This document shows, piece by piece, positions 38,622-50,286 of a stretch of DNA of 64,000 bases. Position 1 is the first letter of the stretch, and each line of letters starts with the position of its first letter. The notes beneath the pieces were generated by a model. It did no database searches. It saw only the letters and a program-made list of their open reading frames with translations, and had not been told where the DNA came from. Source of the DNA: a virus; the IMG/VR virus record IMGVR_UViG_3300007735_000798, positions 1 through 64,000 of that record. The stretch is one strand, 5' to 3'. The translations under genes were made by a program, and so were the position numbers.

Positions 38622-41600
38622 TTATCCTTCTAATATTCCTGTATATAAAAATTGTTTTCCACTAATCATATATTTTGCAAAATTACCAGTATTCTGTAAC
38701 GAATTAAAACTACGTTTATTCATAAAAATATTTAATCCCGAATATCCTAAATATCCAAGACCACTTTTTATATTAAAAGATCCAGAAAATCCAGAAAAAT
38801 TAATATTTGAATAGTAAGGTAATGTAATAGTTAATTCAGGATTTAAAACTTTTCCTTCTGAAAATGGTGTTATATTTGTGACCCAATTTCCAGTAAAATT
38901 ATTTTCAAAAATTACACCTATAATTGTATTATTAAAATAGTATTCAATATTTATAGTATAAAATCCAGTATTTTCATAAGATAAAGTATTAAAATTTTCT
39001 GAAAAAACTCCAGTCCATATATCTGGTGAATATCTTAAATCTTGTCCGCTTCTAAAATATCTATGAGGAATATTAATTGCAGATAAATTATTAGCATATC
39101 TAGTTAATTTTGTAGTATTTCCATCTTCTCCACTCTTATAATAAGAAAATAAAGTAATACCAGAGTTATCGGTATGCACGTATCCAGTTACACCAACAAC
39201 AAATTGTAAATTATTATCTACTAACCCGCCAGTAGCTCCAGAATTAAGAATATTAATTAATCCACTTAAATTATTAAATTCATAATTTGAACTTGGAGCT
39301 CCAGTAACATATGTAAATTCAAAATTATTTATTCTTAATAAATCTTCATTATAAAGTAATCCAGTATTAAAATACACTAAACCAGTTGCATTAATTTGAC
39401 CAGTTATATAATCATCAAATACTTTATTTGGTAATCCAGTACCACTTATAGTTGTAAAATACCAAGTATAAGAACTATAATTAGAATCTATTAACCCAGT
39501 AAGTAAACCAGTCTGATAAAATATTGCTGTTTGATATACTTTTCCAGTTGGATTTGTTAAAAATCCAGTTCCTGACCCATTAATAGAAACATTAACATTT
39601 CCATATCCAGTAATTGTTGTGGAATTTAAATCAAAAAAATTATTATTTCTTATTGTATATAGATTTGCTTTTTGTATTCTAATACTTGGCACGGGAGTTA
39701 GACCTGCACCAGTAAAATTAAATCTAAAATATTGATAACCAGTCACTCCGCTAATTCTAATTCCACTTATAAATCCACTTTCGATTGTATTGATAGTGCC
39801 AGTTTTTCTATAAAATTCCGTATAATTAATTCCACCAGTAGAAGCATCAATAATTAATTGATCTGGAAGATACCCATTTTCAAAACTTACATAAAAACCA
39901 GTAATTATATTGCCAGTATATGGATATGCAGTTTTATATCCTAAAACTCCCCCAGTTATTTCAACATATGGATATGCCTGTTTATCTAATTTTGATACTG
40001 AATATAACTCAATACCGTAATCATTGCTAAATAAATAATCAAATTCGCTACCAGTATTTAAGGATGAATAAAAATAATCACCAGTTATATCATTATCAAT
40101 AAAATTTTTATACAAACCACTAATAGGATTTGAAATACTTTTTTCATAAAAATAAATTTTATTTATTGATAAACCTAAATTAGCATTATTTAAATCACTT
40201 TGATTAATATGCGATAATAATTGACCAGATGTTATTAAAAATCTAATATAATTATATAATCCAGTTCCAGTAATTTGAAAAATATTCGTCGGAGAATTAT
40301 AGAAATTAATTCCAGATCTTGTGTCCATTTCATTCCAATTCAAATTATCATTAGATCCTTGTACTTTAAATATAAATGGAAAAAATTTATAATTTGAAAA
40401 ATTTTTATCTAAATTTAATTCATAATGACTAATAATTCCAGAATCTTGTGCACTAAAATTTTTAAATTCAAATCCAAGATAACCAGTAGAAGTATTTGTA
40501 TTTGTACCCCATTGTGAAAGAGATCCTTCTCCAAAAACATAAATAAGATTATTGGTATTTTCTGATCCAAAAACATCTCCAGAAATATTATTAGCAATAT
40601 CAATAGAATTAAGTTTAAATATATAATTTATCAATTCGCCAGTTCTTTGTTGAGTTGTAACCCCACTAATTTCTAATATTCCACTATCACTAGAAGTAAA
40701 AGTATAGTTACCAGAACCTGTTATTCCATATATTTTATAATTATAATTACTATTATAATTATCAATATCAAAACTAATATAAGGTATTGTATTCCAATTA
40801 AAATTTATATAATTAATATCGCTATTTCCAGTAAAATATATAGTAGAACTTTCAGTTACGAATATTAATCCACTACCAGTTTGTTGAAATTCATACCAAA
40901 AACCCGTTAATAATCCACTTTTTGCGCCAGTAATATCTCTTGATTTATATATAAAAATGTCTTCATTAAAATTATCTATATATCCAGTAGCAAAAACAGT
41001 TGTATTCGGACGCGCTGGCGATAAACCACTACCCCCATGAATTGGAATATTATAATAATAATTAACATTTCCAGTTGGATATTGTAATTGTTTTTCAGTA
41101 GAAATAAATCCAGTAGATAAATTATTTCCATAATAATCTGTAAATAAACTAACTGAAAAACCAGAAGATATTCCTGTAATATAATCATCTCCATGAATAA
41201 AACCAGAAATTACTCCATAACTTAAACCAGTACTTAAAAATCCAGTATAATATAAATCACCAGTATGCCCAAGATGATTTACTAATGAAATAAATACATC
41301 TTGATTTTCAGGAGATTTTGTTTGTAAATTATAATTATAGTTATAATTATAGGTAATATCATCTACAATTCCTGTAAAAATTGTAACGAAATCTAAATAA
41401 TAAAATGGTAATTTTTCGACGGGAATATTAAAATCATAAGAAATATTTCCAAAATTTGTATTAAACAAAAAATAACCATCTATAAAATTTAATTGAAAAA
41501 CTCCTGTACTAAAAATATTTGGATCTTGATTTAAAACATAATCTAAAATTAATTTTCCAGATTGTGCCCCAGAAATAAAATCATTATATGTATTATTTAA

Positions 41601-42116
41601 TCTATAATAATCATTATTAACAAAAGATTGTCCAGAAAAAAATTGAAAAGACGAATTATTATTAAATGATATATTTTTAATATATCCAGTAATTTGTTCA
41701 CCAATTAAATTTTTAAAAGGAAATTCTATAGAATAATTTGGGCCAATATTTCCATATATATAAGAATTTAAATTTGTGGAACAATTTTCGGAAGATGCAT
41801 AAAAATATTTATAATAATTATTATTTTTAGGAGAAGAAAGACAAACTATATTATTATTTATAAAATAATTTAAATCACCACTATTTATATTGCCAGATAT
41901 ATTTATATTTTCAGATGGATTATAAGACCATACATGTCTATTATTTATATCATAAATTTTGCCTGTTTTAAAAGTAAATAAATTTAAATTACCATTATCC
42001 CCAGAAAAACCAAAAGATGAAATACCACTTGTATTATCAATATTTATATTTATTAAATATGATAATATATTTTGTGAAGCGATACTTCGATATTTAGTTC
42101 CAGAAACAATATTCAT
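38622..42116 (-). CDS. Large tail/baseplate protein with discoidin (F5/8 type C)-like domains, [S/T]G-rich
   Basis: P..FKVQGSND..NW..MDTR...YNYIRF and a second copy (P.......S..G.NY...YQYFRF). Confidence 0.65.
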   Translation of the reverse strand: MNIVSGTKYRSIASQNILSYLININIDNTSGISSFGFSGDNGNLNLFTFKTGKIYDINNRHVWSYNPSENINISGNINSGDLNYFINNNIVCLSSPKNNNYYKYFYASSENCSTNLNSYIYGNIGPNYSIEFPFKNLIGEQITGYIKNISFNNNSSFQFFSGQSFVNNDYYRLNNTYNDFISGAQSGKLILDYVLNQDPNIFSTGVFQLNFIDGYFLFNTNFGNISYDFNIPVEKLPFYYLDFVTIFTGIVDDITYNYNYNYNLQTKSPENQDVFISLVNHLGHTGDLYYTGFLSTGLSYGVISGFIHGDDYITGISSGFSVSLFTDYYGNNLSTGFISTEKQLQYPTGNVNYYYNIPIHGGSGLSPARPNTTVFATGYIDNFNEDIFIYKSRDITGAKSGLLTGFWYEFQQTGSGLIFVTESSTIYFTGNSDINYINFNWNTIPYISFDIDNYNSNYNYKIYGITGSGNYTFTSSDSGILEISGVTTQQRTGELINYIFKLNSIDIANNISGDVFGSENTNNLIYVFGEGSLSQWGTNTNTSTGYLGFEFKNFSAQDSGIISHYELNLDKNFSNYKFFPFIFKVQGSNDNLNWNEMDTRSGINFYNSPTNIFQITGTGLYNYIRFLITSGQLLSHINQSDLNNANLGLSINKIYFYEKSISNPISGLYKNFIDNDITGDYFYSSLNTGSEFDYLFSNDYGIELYSVSKLDKQAYPYVEITGGVLGYKTAYPYTGNIITGFYVSFENGYLPDQLIIDASTGGINYTEFYRKTGTINTIESGFISGIRISGVTGYQYFRFNFTGAGLTPVPSIRIQKANLYTIRNNNFFDLNSTTITGYGNVNVSINGSGTGFLTNPTGKVYQTAIFYQTGLLTGLIDSNYSSYTWYFTTISGTGLPNKVFDDYITGQINATGLVYFNTGLLYNEDLLRINNFEFTYVTGAPSSNYEFNNLSGLINILNSGATGGLVDNNLQFVVGVTGYVHTDNSGITLFSYYKSGEDGNTTKLTRYANNLSAINIPHRYFRSGQDLRYSPDIWTGVFSENFNTLSYENTGFYTINIEYYFNNTIIGVIFENNFTGNWVTNITPFSEGKVLNPELTITLPYYSNINFSGFSGSFNIKSGLGYLGYSGLNIFMNKRSFNSLQNTGNFAKYMISGKQFLYTGILEG

Positions 42117-42119
42117 AGT

Positions 42120-44756
42120 TTATAACGCATTTAATGAAGCACGATTAACTCTTGATTCAATCATTCTTAAAATATTATCTGACTCTGTTGGCTGTGGAAG
42201 TGGCGGCCTTGAAGAAAAAACTACTTTTGTTTCAAACCCCTGATCTGAATAAGTAATATCTAATGAACTTAACCCCTCGGAAACAGATAAATTTAAATTA
42301 TCTGCTGGATTTCCCGCAAAAGTATATTCTATTTTTTTTGTTGGTTCTTTATTAACAATAGATTTTGCTAATTGTAATGGAACCTCTCTTGGCCTTGACC
42401 AAAAATCATCGGTTTCTGTAACATTATCATCAAATATATTTACAGTCGCTACGTTTTTATAATCCTTTAAAAATTTTTCATCGTCTAAATTATAATATAT
42501 TTTTTGATTATAATCTATCGGAGGTATAAATGTAATTTGGCGACGAGTAGTTGTAAAAGTTCGTATAGAACCAAAAGAAGGTGCACATAAAGTTACTGGT
42601 GGTTTTCCAAAAAAATTCATTTTTATAGCTTTAGATAAAGTACTATTTAAGCCAGTTCTATCATCTGCGCTTGAACTTTGAAGTGGTTCATTTTCACCAA
42701 GTTCTCTATAAGCAGCTGATGTTGCTTTTTTTCGAGCCTCATCCTCAAAATTTAAACATTTACCTTTATCTATTTGATCATCTAATAAATTACATTTTGG
42801 AAAACCATTTCCACCACCACCTTCAGCATCAGACCATTTTTTTTCTAAAGGATTTAGGCTCGTAGTTATTGTCCAATCAAAAGATTTATATTTCTTCCTA
42901 ATATAACTATACTTAGGAACTATAAATATCTGTGTTCCTGTTTTTATATTAGGAAACATTTGATTTAAGTTATTTTCTGCAATGTCAAGTTTTCTTACTA
43001 CAATATTATCTAATATTTCAGCTTTATCATCTTCATTTAAACCTATTAAGCCAAGAACTTGATTTGGATCATGGCTAAAATTTCCACCACGTTCGTACCA
43101 TTTTTTACCTTTGAATTCGCTACTTGGAGTTTCTATTCTTGTTGCTTCTGGGCTAGCGCTAGTACTTACTGTCATAAAAAATTTCGGAGTACAGATATAT
43201 GATGTAAAAGGTTGAGTACCTTGATAATAATAATATTTTCCATACAAATTTAAAATTTTTTGTTCAAGATCAAACCATGTTTTAGCCAAACCCTCAATTT
43301 CTACTCCAACCCAAAACCAAAATGCTTCTCCTGCAAATTTTTTTGGTTCACCAGCGTTATTTTTACCTACAAATTCTATTTCTAATTCTTTAATACGCTG
43401 TAATTCTGCATTATCTACTAAAAGATCATATATGTTATTTATTTCTTCTTGTTTTAAACGATATAAATAATTTTCTCCACGTTCAGATAGAGCGGCCCCA
43501 TAACTTAATTCTGGTTGTGGAGATCTTAATGTTACCCCCACATTTTTAAATACTTTATAACCAACTTTTTCCTTTAAAGATTCATTTCCCAATACTTCCC
43601 ATATTAAATTATATAAATATATTTCTCTTATTTCTGGACTAAAATATCCTAAAAACGCAGCACTTAAAAACTGATGTTCTTCTCTCCCGCCCCAAAGAGC
43701 AAGTTCTGCTGCTAAAGGATCATCAAAACCTTCTTGAACTTCTACAACCTCACCATTAGTGTTTTCATATAAAGAAACATTTTTATATTCATTTATTTTA
43801 TCTAAAGTTCCATCGTTTCTTAAAAAACGACTAATAGGGACCGCATGCATAAAATCATACGCAGATTCTTCAAACTCTCCAGTTTGTGTTCCCATAGGTT
43901 CTTTTGGTTTTTTTGTATAAGCCATTGCATAATTTATAAAAGTATTATCTAAAGAGCTACTTGCTGTTTTTGCAATCAATCTTGTACTTGTAATATCTGG
44001 TAATTGAAGTTTAATCCCCTCATTTAATACATAAGTCTTAATTTTATTATTTGTAAAGTCCCAATAAAATCCAATACCACAGGCTTCAGCCCAAGATTTT
44101 AAAACAGTTCTTAAAGACCCTTCTGTATTTTTCTTTAATTCTGGTGGGGCTGTAAAATCAACACCCTCTACAATATTATAGTTTTTTAGTATATTTTTTA
44201 AATTTTCTAATGTATAGTATGTTTCTGGAATATCGCATTCTGTTTTTGGAAAAGATTCTTTTCCAAGATAAATAATATTATTTTTTACACCGTAGGCTTC
44301 ATAAACTTTTTTTTGGACTTCTTGATTTTTTAATTTTACTAAAGTAAATGTTCCTATTTTTCGTGAATAAATAGGAACTACATCTTCGTTGTCAAACTCG
44401 ACAATTTTTTTTCTTAAAACTAAATTTCCATCAATTCCAAATTTACCACGCTCCCATTTTTTAACATAATATCTATCTAAAATAACACTATGGTCTTTAA
44501 TTTGTACTTCTAATATTTTATCTTGAAGAGTTTCTTTAATATCATAAGACCATATTATACCATTGAATGTAAAAGAACCAAAAGAAATTTTTATAGGTTC
44601 ATTTAATATCGGTAATGGATTATAATCACCATCTTTACTAATAATATTTAAGGTTAGAACGGATGGCTCCTCAGAATAACCAATTTCTAAATTTAATCCA
44701 TAAATTACCCCGCCAAAATTTGGGCCTTCTATTATTGGTACTTTTGAAATTTCCAT
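42120..44756 (-). CDS. Putative tail tip/hub protein
   Basis: 878 aa downstream of the TMP; GSLR.VL..WAE.CG..FYWD is reminiscent of hub proteins (inference). Confidence 0.5.
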   Translation of the reverse strand: MEISKVPIIEGPNFGGVIYGLNLEIGYSEEPSVLTLNIISKDGDYNPLPILNEPIKISFGSFTFNGIIWSYDIKETLQDKILEVQIKDHSVILDRYYVKKWERGKFGIDGNLVLRKKIVEFDNEDVVPIYSRKIGTFTLVKLKNQEVQKKVYEAYGVKNNIIYLGKESFPKTECDIPETYYTLENLKNILKNYNIVEGVDFTAPPELKKNTEGSLRTVLKSWAEACGIGFYWDFTNNKIKTYVLNEGIKLQLPDITSTRLIAKTASSSLDNTFINYAMAYTKKPKEPMGTQTGEFEESAYDFMHAVPISRFLRNDGTLDKINEYKNVSLYENTNGEVVEVQEGFDDPLAAELALWGGREEHQFLSAAFLGYFSPEIREIYLYNLIWEVLGNESLKEKVGYKVFKNVGVTLRSPQPELSYGAALSERGENYLYRLKQEEINNIYDLLVDNAELQRIKELEIEFVGKNNAGEPKKFAGEAFWFWVGVEIEGLAKTWFDLEQKILNLYGKYYYYQGTQPFTSYICTPKFFMTVSTSASPEATRIETPSSEFKGKKWYERGGNFSHDPNQVLGLIGLNEDDKAEILDNIVVRKLDIAENNLNQMFPNIKTGTQIFIVPKYSYIRKKYKSFDWTITTSLNPLEKKWSDAEGGGGNGFPKCNLLDDQIDKGKCLNFEDEARKKATSAAYRELGENEPLQSSSADDRTGLNSTLSKAIKMNFFGKPPVTLCAPSFGSIRTFTTTRRQITFIPPIDYNQKIYYNLDDEKFLKDYKNVATVNIFDDNVTETDDFWSRPREVPLQLAKSIVNKEPTKKIEYTFAGNPADNLNLSVSEGLSSLDITYSDQGFETKVVFSSRPPLPQPTESDNILRMIESRVNRASLNAL

Positions 44757-44801
44757 AACCTTTTACCTTTTATATTATATCCTTTACTGTATAATTTACA
44801 C
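44757..44801 (-). promoter_or_regulatory. GTGTAA motif with tandem AAGG leader
   Basis: GTGTAA-ATTATACAGT-AAAGGATATAATATAAAAGGTAAAAGGTT-ATG. Confidence 0.5.
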
Positions 44802-46700
44802 AAAAAAATCTTCAGTATTATTATAAATTATATAATTATTTTTATTTTCATAAAAATCTCCAGAAAATAAATCAAAGTTACTATTTTCTACATAATTATT
44901 ATTTAATTTTTGTTTAATGCCATTCAAATAAACCTGTGAAGAAGTTTTATTTAAATTTTTTGTTTGTATTTTTAATGTTGATTCATTTCCCGTAATATTG
45001 TTTAAAGTTGGAATTGATTTAATATATACATAATTATTTCCAGAAGGTATATTTAAATTAAAAGTATTATTTCCAGTATAAGTTATTCCAGATATTAATT
45101 TTTGCCCATTAACAAATACAAATTTATTATTAAAATTTTTTCCAGCCAATTGCATTCCAGAATGAATTCCAGTAATAGATAAAAATTCAAAATCACCAGT
45201 AAATCCATCATAAAAAAGATCATCATTTCCATTTATAAGATTATTAACGTAAATTTCATTGCCAGTAATAAAATAGTCATTATTAGTTCTAATAAAAGTA
45301 TCATAACCAATTGTTTCTAAATAATATCCAGAATCTATAATAAGTTGACCATTACAAAATACTAATGTTCCAGAAGTTAAATTATTTTCAGTGGTAAAAT
45401 TATTTTTAATAAAATTAAAATTTAAATTTTTATTATAATTTAAATTTTTATCCTGATAAGATTCATAATATACTTCAACAATATCATTCTGTTTATTTAT
45501 TTCTGATAATAAAGAAATTTCGGAAAAAGATAATGATTCTAAATAATCTGTATCTTTAAAAAAGATACTCGCGCCAGTTTCTAAAAAAACTCCAGTACAA
45601 ATTTCTCCAGTAATATAAACTTGTTTTGATCCAGTAATTTGACCAGTTAAAGGTATTTGGTTATAACCAGTAAAAGAAATTATTCCAGTTTGTGGAAAAT
45701 TATATGAATAATTTATTGTAATTAATCCAGATAATGGTGTTTGACCATAAATTGCAGATGTGATATTACAGTTATTACTATAATATCCTAATAAAATATT
45801 ATTATACCCAGTAACGCCACTATATGAATAGCCAGTTACACCAGTTATATATCCAGTAATTCCAGTAATATTTAAATTAGAACTGTTTGTTAAAAATCCT
45901 GTTATTCCACTTGTTGAAAATCCAGATTCTATAAAATAACCAGTAGTATAACATGTATTTTGTATATATCCAAGTTTACCACTATAAATATGTAATATAC
46001 CGCTTACAATATATTGATTATAAAAAAATGGAATATTTTTAAATATAAAAAATTTATCTACATATCCACTAAAATTAGAACTATTATTAGCCCAATTTAT
46101 ATTTGGATATATCCCACCAAGAAATAATTGGTCAGATTGTTTAAATACATTATTTTTTATATAAAATGTTTCTGTTTCAAATGATAATGTATTATTATTT
46201 AAATTACCCATCGTTAATACATTATTATTGCGATTTATTATTATTAAATTTTTATTCGCTAAAATATTTGAAGCAGTAAAACTAAATACTCCTTCTACAT
46301 TATTCCAATATTTAAAATATAATTTATTAGCATTATTAACTCCAAGACAAAACCCAGAATATGTAGAAAAAGAATTTCCAGTAGCGGAAGAAAGTAAAAT
46401 TTCATCTCCAGTTCTTAATTTTTCATAAGAAAGTAATATCGTATCATTATCAAAAGTATAAGGAGCATTTAATTTCATTATTGTTGAACCATTAAAATAT
46501 CCAGTTCCACTATATTGAAAAAATGTACCAGTAGATCCAGTATTTAAAATACCAGAAAATGAATTTATAGCCCAATTATCTGGAGGTACAGTCTGATTAT
46601 TAATTAGTGATTTATTATAAAAACTAAAAGCAGCTGTAGCACTAGAAATTGGAACCCCAATCTGGTCTAAAAAATACGGCATTCCAGTAAAAAATATCAT
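44796..46700 (-). CDS. Tail protein with N-terminal LamG/ConA-like domain, [S/T]G-rich
   Basis: LFLGG...NFSGYVDKFFIF; ITGITGYITGVTG stretch; repeated V(F/Y).NG units. Confidence 0.6.
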   Translation of the reverse strand: MIFFTGMPYFLDQIGVPISSATAAFSFYNKSLINNQTVPPDNWAINSFSGILNTGSTGTFFQYSGTGYFNGSTIMKLNAPYTFDNDTILLSYEKLRTGDEILLSSATGNSFSTYSGFCLGVNNANKLYFKYWNNVEGVFSFTASNILANKNLIIINRNNNVLTMGNLNNNTLSFETETFYIKNNVFKQSDQLFLGGIYPNINWANNSSNFSGYVDKFFIFKNIPFFYNQYIVSGILHIYSGKLGYIQNTCYTTGYFIESGFSTSGITGFLTNSSNLNITGITGYITGVTGYSYSGVTGYNNILLGYYSNNCNITSAIYGQTPLSGLITINYSYNFPQTGIISFTGYNQIPLTGQITGSKQVYITGEICTGVFLETGASIFFKDTDYLESLSFSEISLLSEINKQNDIVEVYYESYQDKNLNYNKNLNFNFIKNNFTTENNLTSGTLVFCNGQLIIDSGYYLETIGYDTFIRTNNDYFITGNEIYVNNLINGNDDLFYDGFTGDFEFLSITGIHSGMQLAGKNFNNKFVFVNGQKLISGITYTGNNTFNLNIPSGNNYVYIKSIPTLNNITGNESTLKIQTKNLNKTSSQVYLNGIKQKLNNNYVENSNFDLFSGDFYENKNNYIIYNNTEDFFV

Positions 46701-48310
46701 ATTAAAATATCTCCTTGATAACTATAATTTTCTGTTATTTCATATATTTTTGAGAAAGCATCTTTTTTAATAGTTCTTTTTTCTAACAAGTAATTTTTAT
46801 TTAATATATTATATACAGTTTTAATTCTTTGTAATTCTGAATTAACTTCGCTAATTGCGTAATCAATATTTTTATCTGGTTTCGCAACAGCAGATATATT
46901 TAACTCTAGTTGCGCGAGATTTGCACAATTTATATCTTGAATATTATGCTCTCTTTTTTGGGTAATAGATGATTTTGGTACATAAATAGATATTGATGGA
47001 TTATATTTTAAACTAGACTTCATTGTAATTACATTATCTGAAAAAGGTTTTCTTTTATCAGACCAAGAAGCTGTATATTTAATTTCGGCACCATATTCAT
47101 TAAAAGTAATTGATTCCGTCAGTGGCTGTGAATAAAGACTACGACCAGTAATTTCTTTTTTATATTCAGTATTAGCCAAATTAAAAGCATTAAAATTACC
47201 ACTATAATAATCTTTTACTAATCCCCATCTCGTATTAACGTCTCCATATTTTCCAAAAATTGTGGCATCTAATTTTACAGTAGTAATATTTTTTATAGGA
47301 TCGGTAGTTAAATCAACATTATAATTATTTGTAATATTAGATAATAAGTCGCTATTATAAGTTAAATTAAAATTTAATTTTTGATTATTGAATTCTTCTT
47401 GTACTGATTGGGTAATAGGATTTGAATTTAATGTTGTACCAAACGTTTTTAATGAAGCCTCGTTTGCTATATTATAAAAATTATAGTCAAAAAATCCTGA
47501 TCTTAAATTATTAGAAGTTGTCCCAGTCACAATATTATTACTTAAAGACCCATCAATTTTAACAGTAATAAGCCCATCTTCAATTCCAGAAGAAATATCT
47601 AAATTATAATCAAGAACTGCATTCGCAGGTGACTCCAAAAAATTTGATTTAACATAAGACCCCTCCCAAGAATATGTACCATCAAATCTGTTTACTGTTT
47701 CCTTAATTGATTGTAATAAAAAATTAGAACCATTACCCGTTTGAGCAAATATTGGCGTAATTTTATTATAATTTCCAGTTCTAGTTTTTACCCAATTTTT
47801 AGCACTTTCAATTGCATTTAAATTTCCAGTTTTTAATCCTTTTGCGGATATACTATGTGTTAAATTAACAATAAACCCATTCTCTTCTGAAAAATCAATA
47901 TTCTCTTCTGGGTCCGTTACTCCATAATATTCGGTAAAAAGACCACTTTCATATATTTCAAAATCAATTGTAAAAGGTAAGATTCCATAAAATAATCCTT
48001 CATCCGTTTTAATTGAATCAATAATCACGTTATTGCCAGAAAATAAATTTTCAGAATTTTCATTAATAACTAAAGTACCATAATTATTACTTAATCTATT
48101 AACAAGTAAATTCAAACCACTATTTAATTCATAAAAAGACAATTGTCCTAAATTTTTTCCAGTAATTTGACCATTTAAAGTCATTTTAGTGACTTGATTC
48201 CATTTAGTATTAAAATTAATAAAATCTTGATTTATAGAAATAAAAGGGGTCGGTGATATACCATCAAATAAATCAGTATCATTATATAATATTTTGATAT
48301 TATTATTCAT
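46697..48310 (-). CDS. Putative tail structural protein
   Basis: Operonic position after the TMP; repeated beta-rich units similar to ORF 48310..50280 (N(R/K)FDG..Y). Confidence 0.55.
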   Translation of the reverse strand: MNNNIKILYNDTDLFDGISPTPFISINQDFINFNTKWNQVTKMTLNGQITGKNLGQLSFYELNSGLNLLVNRLSNNYGTLVINENSENLFSGNNVIIDSIKTDEGLFYGILPFTIDFEIYESGLFTEYYGVTDPEENIDFSEENGFIVNLTHSISAKGLKTGNLNAIESAKNWVKTRTGNYNKITPIFAQTGNGSNFLLQSIKETVNRFDGTYSWEGSYVKSNFLESPANAVLDYNLDISSGIEDGLITVKIDGSLSNNIVTGTTSNNLRSGFFDYNFYNIANEASLKTFGTTLNSNPITQSVQEEFNNQKLNFNLTYNSDLLSNITNNYNVDLTTDPIKNITTVKLDATIFGKYGDVNTRWGLVKDYYSGNFNAFNLANTEYKKEITGRSLYSQPLTESITFNEYGAEIKYTASWSDKRKPFSDNVITMKSSLKYNPSISIYVPKSSITQKREHNIQDINCANLAQLELNISAVAKPDKNIDYAISEVNSELQRIKTVYNILNKNYLLEKRTIKKDAFSKIYEITENYSYQGDILI

Positions 48311-50280
48311 TATGAATATTTATAAACCTCCTCATAACCTATTATTTGCTCAATTTCATCAGAAGTAAAATTACAAGATTCTAAATATTTACCAGAATTT
48401 CCACCAAAATAATAATTTCTTAGTTGTGTTTTTAAAGTATCAAAATATAATAAACCATTAAAAATTCCCGTTTGACTTGTTAATCCGATATCTGCTTTAC
48501 CTTCTATGGTAAAAGTACCCTGTTGTTTCAAATCTCTATTATGCACTAATTCATATTTATTATTTGGAATTATATATTTTTTAAAATAAGGTGTTAATTG
48601 CGTACCAGAACTTCCATCATCAGAATAAGTAATATCTAATTTTTTGATATCTCCTAAATCTGTTCTAATAGTTGGATCATCAGTATAAGTATAATTATAA
48701 GTAATTTTCCCATCAAATGGCGTTCTTGTTATTTGCTTATCAATTAAATTTATACCACTAGAAGCTTTTTCCAAAGCCTGTCCAGACCAAAAAGATTTTA
48801 ATCTTGACTCTATTCCTGTTTTTACTACTGCCCAGCCAGTTTCTGCACTTAAATATTTTGCAGAATTAATAATAGAATTTTTTTCTCCAACACCAATTAT
48901 TGAACCTTGTTCATTAACACTCCATATGAATTGCTCATTACGATTTAATGTAGAAGTATAATCAAAAATATAATTTTTAGAAAACTTTTTATCATTATTA
49001 AATGACACATCATATTCAATATTTCCATCAAATTTATTTATACGAACTGTTTTTTCAGCCAAAACAGTATTTAAAGCATCAATTATATTAAATTTATTTT
49101 TATAGGCTTGGAAAAAATTATTACAACGTAAATAGGCCCCAGTAATTTCTTTATTTAAACCAATTACGGCATTTTCATATAAACTTGGAATATTATTTTC
49201 AGCTTTAATTGAACAATTTTCACCTACATTAGCTATACCATTATTATCTAATGAAATATTTAAATTTCTATTTATAGAATAAGGTTCTAAATTATTGTTA
49301 GTAGAATAAGAAAAAGTTTTAGTAAATCCACATTTTCCGTTAATAATATCATAAGATTCATTTCTTAATACTTTATAAGTTCCTTCTTGTCTAGTCGAAT
49401 AATTGTATTCTGATAAATTTATTGGAATAGACTTATTTAATAATTCTACGGCTAAACTTTGAGCCAATGTTATTACATTAATATCTTTATTATCAGCATT
49501 ATATTCAATATCTATAGAATGTGTTCCACCTAATATTTTTGTATTATTATCAAAATCAAAAGTAAAATTTTCACTAAAACTTTTTATAAGATCAAATCTT
49601 TTATTTGATAAATTTAAAATATAATCATTATCAATAGCTAAAGTTGTATTACCCGCAAAACCTAAAAATCCAAGAAAAGTTATTCCAGTTGGTGGGGTCA
49701 TTTCACTACTAGACCTTTGAAATCTTGGCGTATTAGAGGATCCAACCCCTGTAACAGGCGATATTCTCCATTGCGTACTAGACGCATTCCACAAAGCATA
49801 TATATTTGTAGTATCATAATAAATTGGTCTAGAATTCAAAATTTGATTTGTTTTATAAAATTTATATCCCGAAAGATTTGGAGATGCACCAGAGGTATTA
49901 CTAACTATATAATTTGAAGAAATGAATTCTTTTGATACTAAACTTTGTAAATTTGCTGTTGTATAAATTTCAATATCTGCATTATATTTTGTAGAACGTA
50001 CCCAATTCCCTTCGTCAAAAGATAATGATGTAATTTTTCCGATACCAAAGTTTTGACCTTTTATTATTATATTATAAAAATTTTGGGCAATATTTTTAAT
50101 TCTATTTACATCTGTAAAAATATCTTTAACTCCGACCGTGTTAGTTAAATCTAAAACATAACCACGAATAGAAAGTGTTTTTGTCGTTGAGTATTGAAAT
50201 GATTTTTCACCCAAAAAATTATTTTGGTGGTTATATCCAAGCACCTCAATGTTATCTAAAATTAATGTTTCAAAAGACAT
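48310..50280 (-). CDS. Putative tail structural protein (first gene after the TMP)
   Basis: Position in the operon; internal repeats (INGK, FDGN, FDGK followed by Y...F/Y). Confidence 0.55.
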   Translation of the reverse strand: MSFETLILDNIEVLGYNHQNNFLGEKSFQYSTTKTLSIRGYVLDLTNTVGVKDIFTDVNRIKNIAQNFYNIIIKGQNFGIGKITSLSFDEGNWVRSTKYNADIEIYTTANLQSLVSKEFISSNYIVSNTSGASPNLSGYKFYKTNQILNSRPIYYDTTNIYALWNASSTQWRISPVTGVGSSNTPRFQRSSSEMTPPTGITFLGFLGFAGNTTLAIDNDYILNLSNKRFDLIKSFSENFTFDFDNNTKILGGTHSIDIEYNADNKDINVITLAQSLAVELLNKSIPINLSEYNYSTRQEGTYKVLRNESYDIINGKCGFTKTFSYSTNNNLEPYSINRNLNISLDNNGIANVGENCSIKAENNIPSLYENAVIGLNKEITGAYLRCNNFFQAYKNKFNIIDALNTVLAEKTVRINKFDGNIEYDVSFNNDKKFSKNYIFDYTSTLNRNEQFIWSVNEQGSIIGVGEKNSIINSAKYLSAETGWAVVKTGIESRLKSFWSGQALEKASSGINLIDKQITRTPFDGKITYNYTYTDDPTIRTDLGDIKKLDITYSDDGSSGTQLTPYFKKYIIPNNKYELVHNRDLKQQGTFTIEGKADIGLTSQTGIFNGLLYFDTLKTQLRNYYFGGNSGKYLESCNFTSDEIEQIIGYEEVYKYS

Positions 50281-50286
50281 ATCTTA

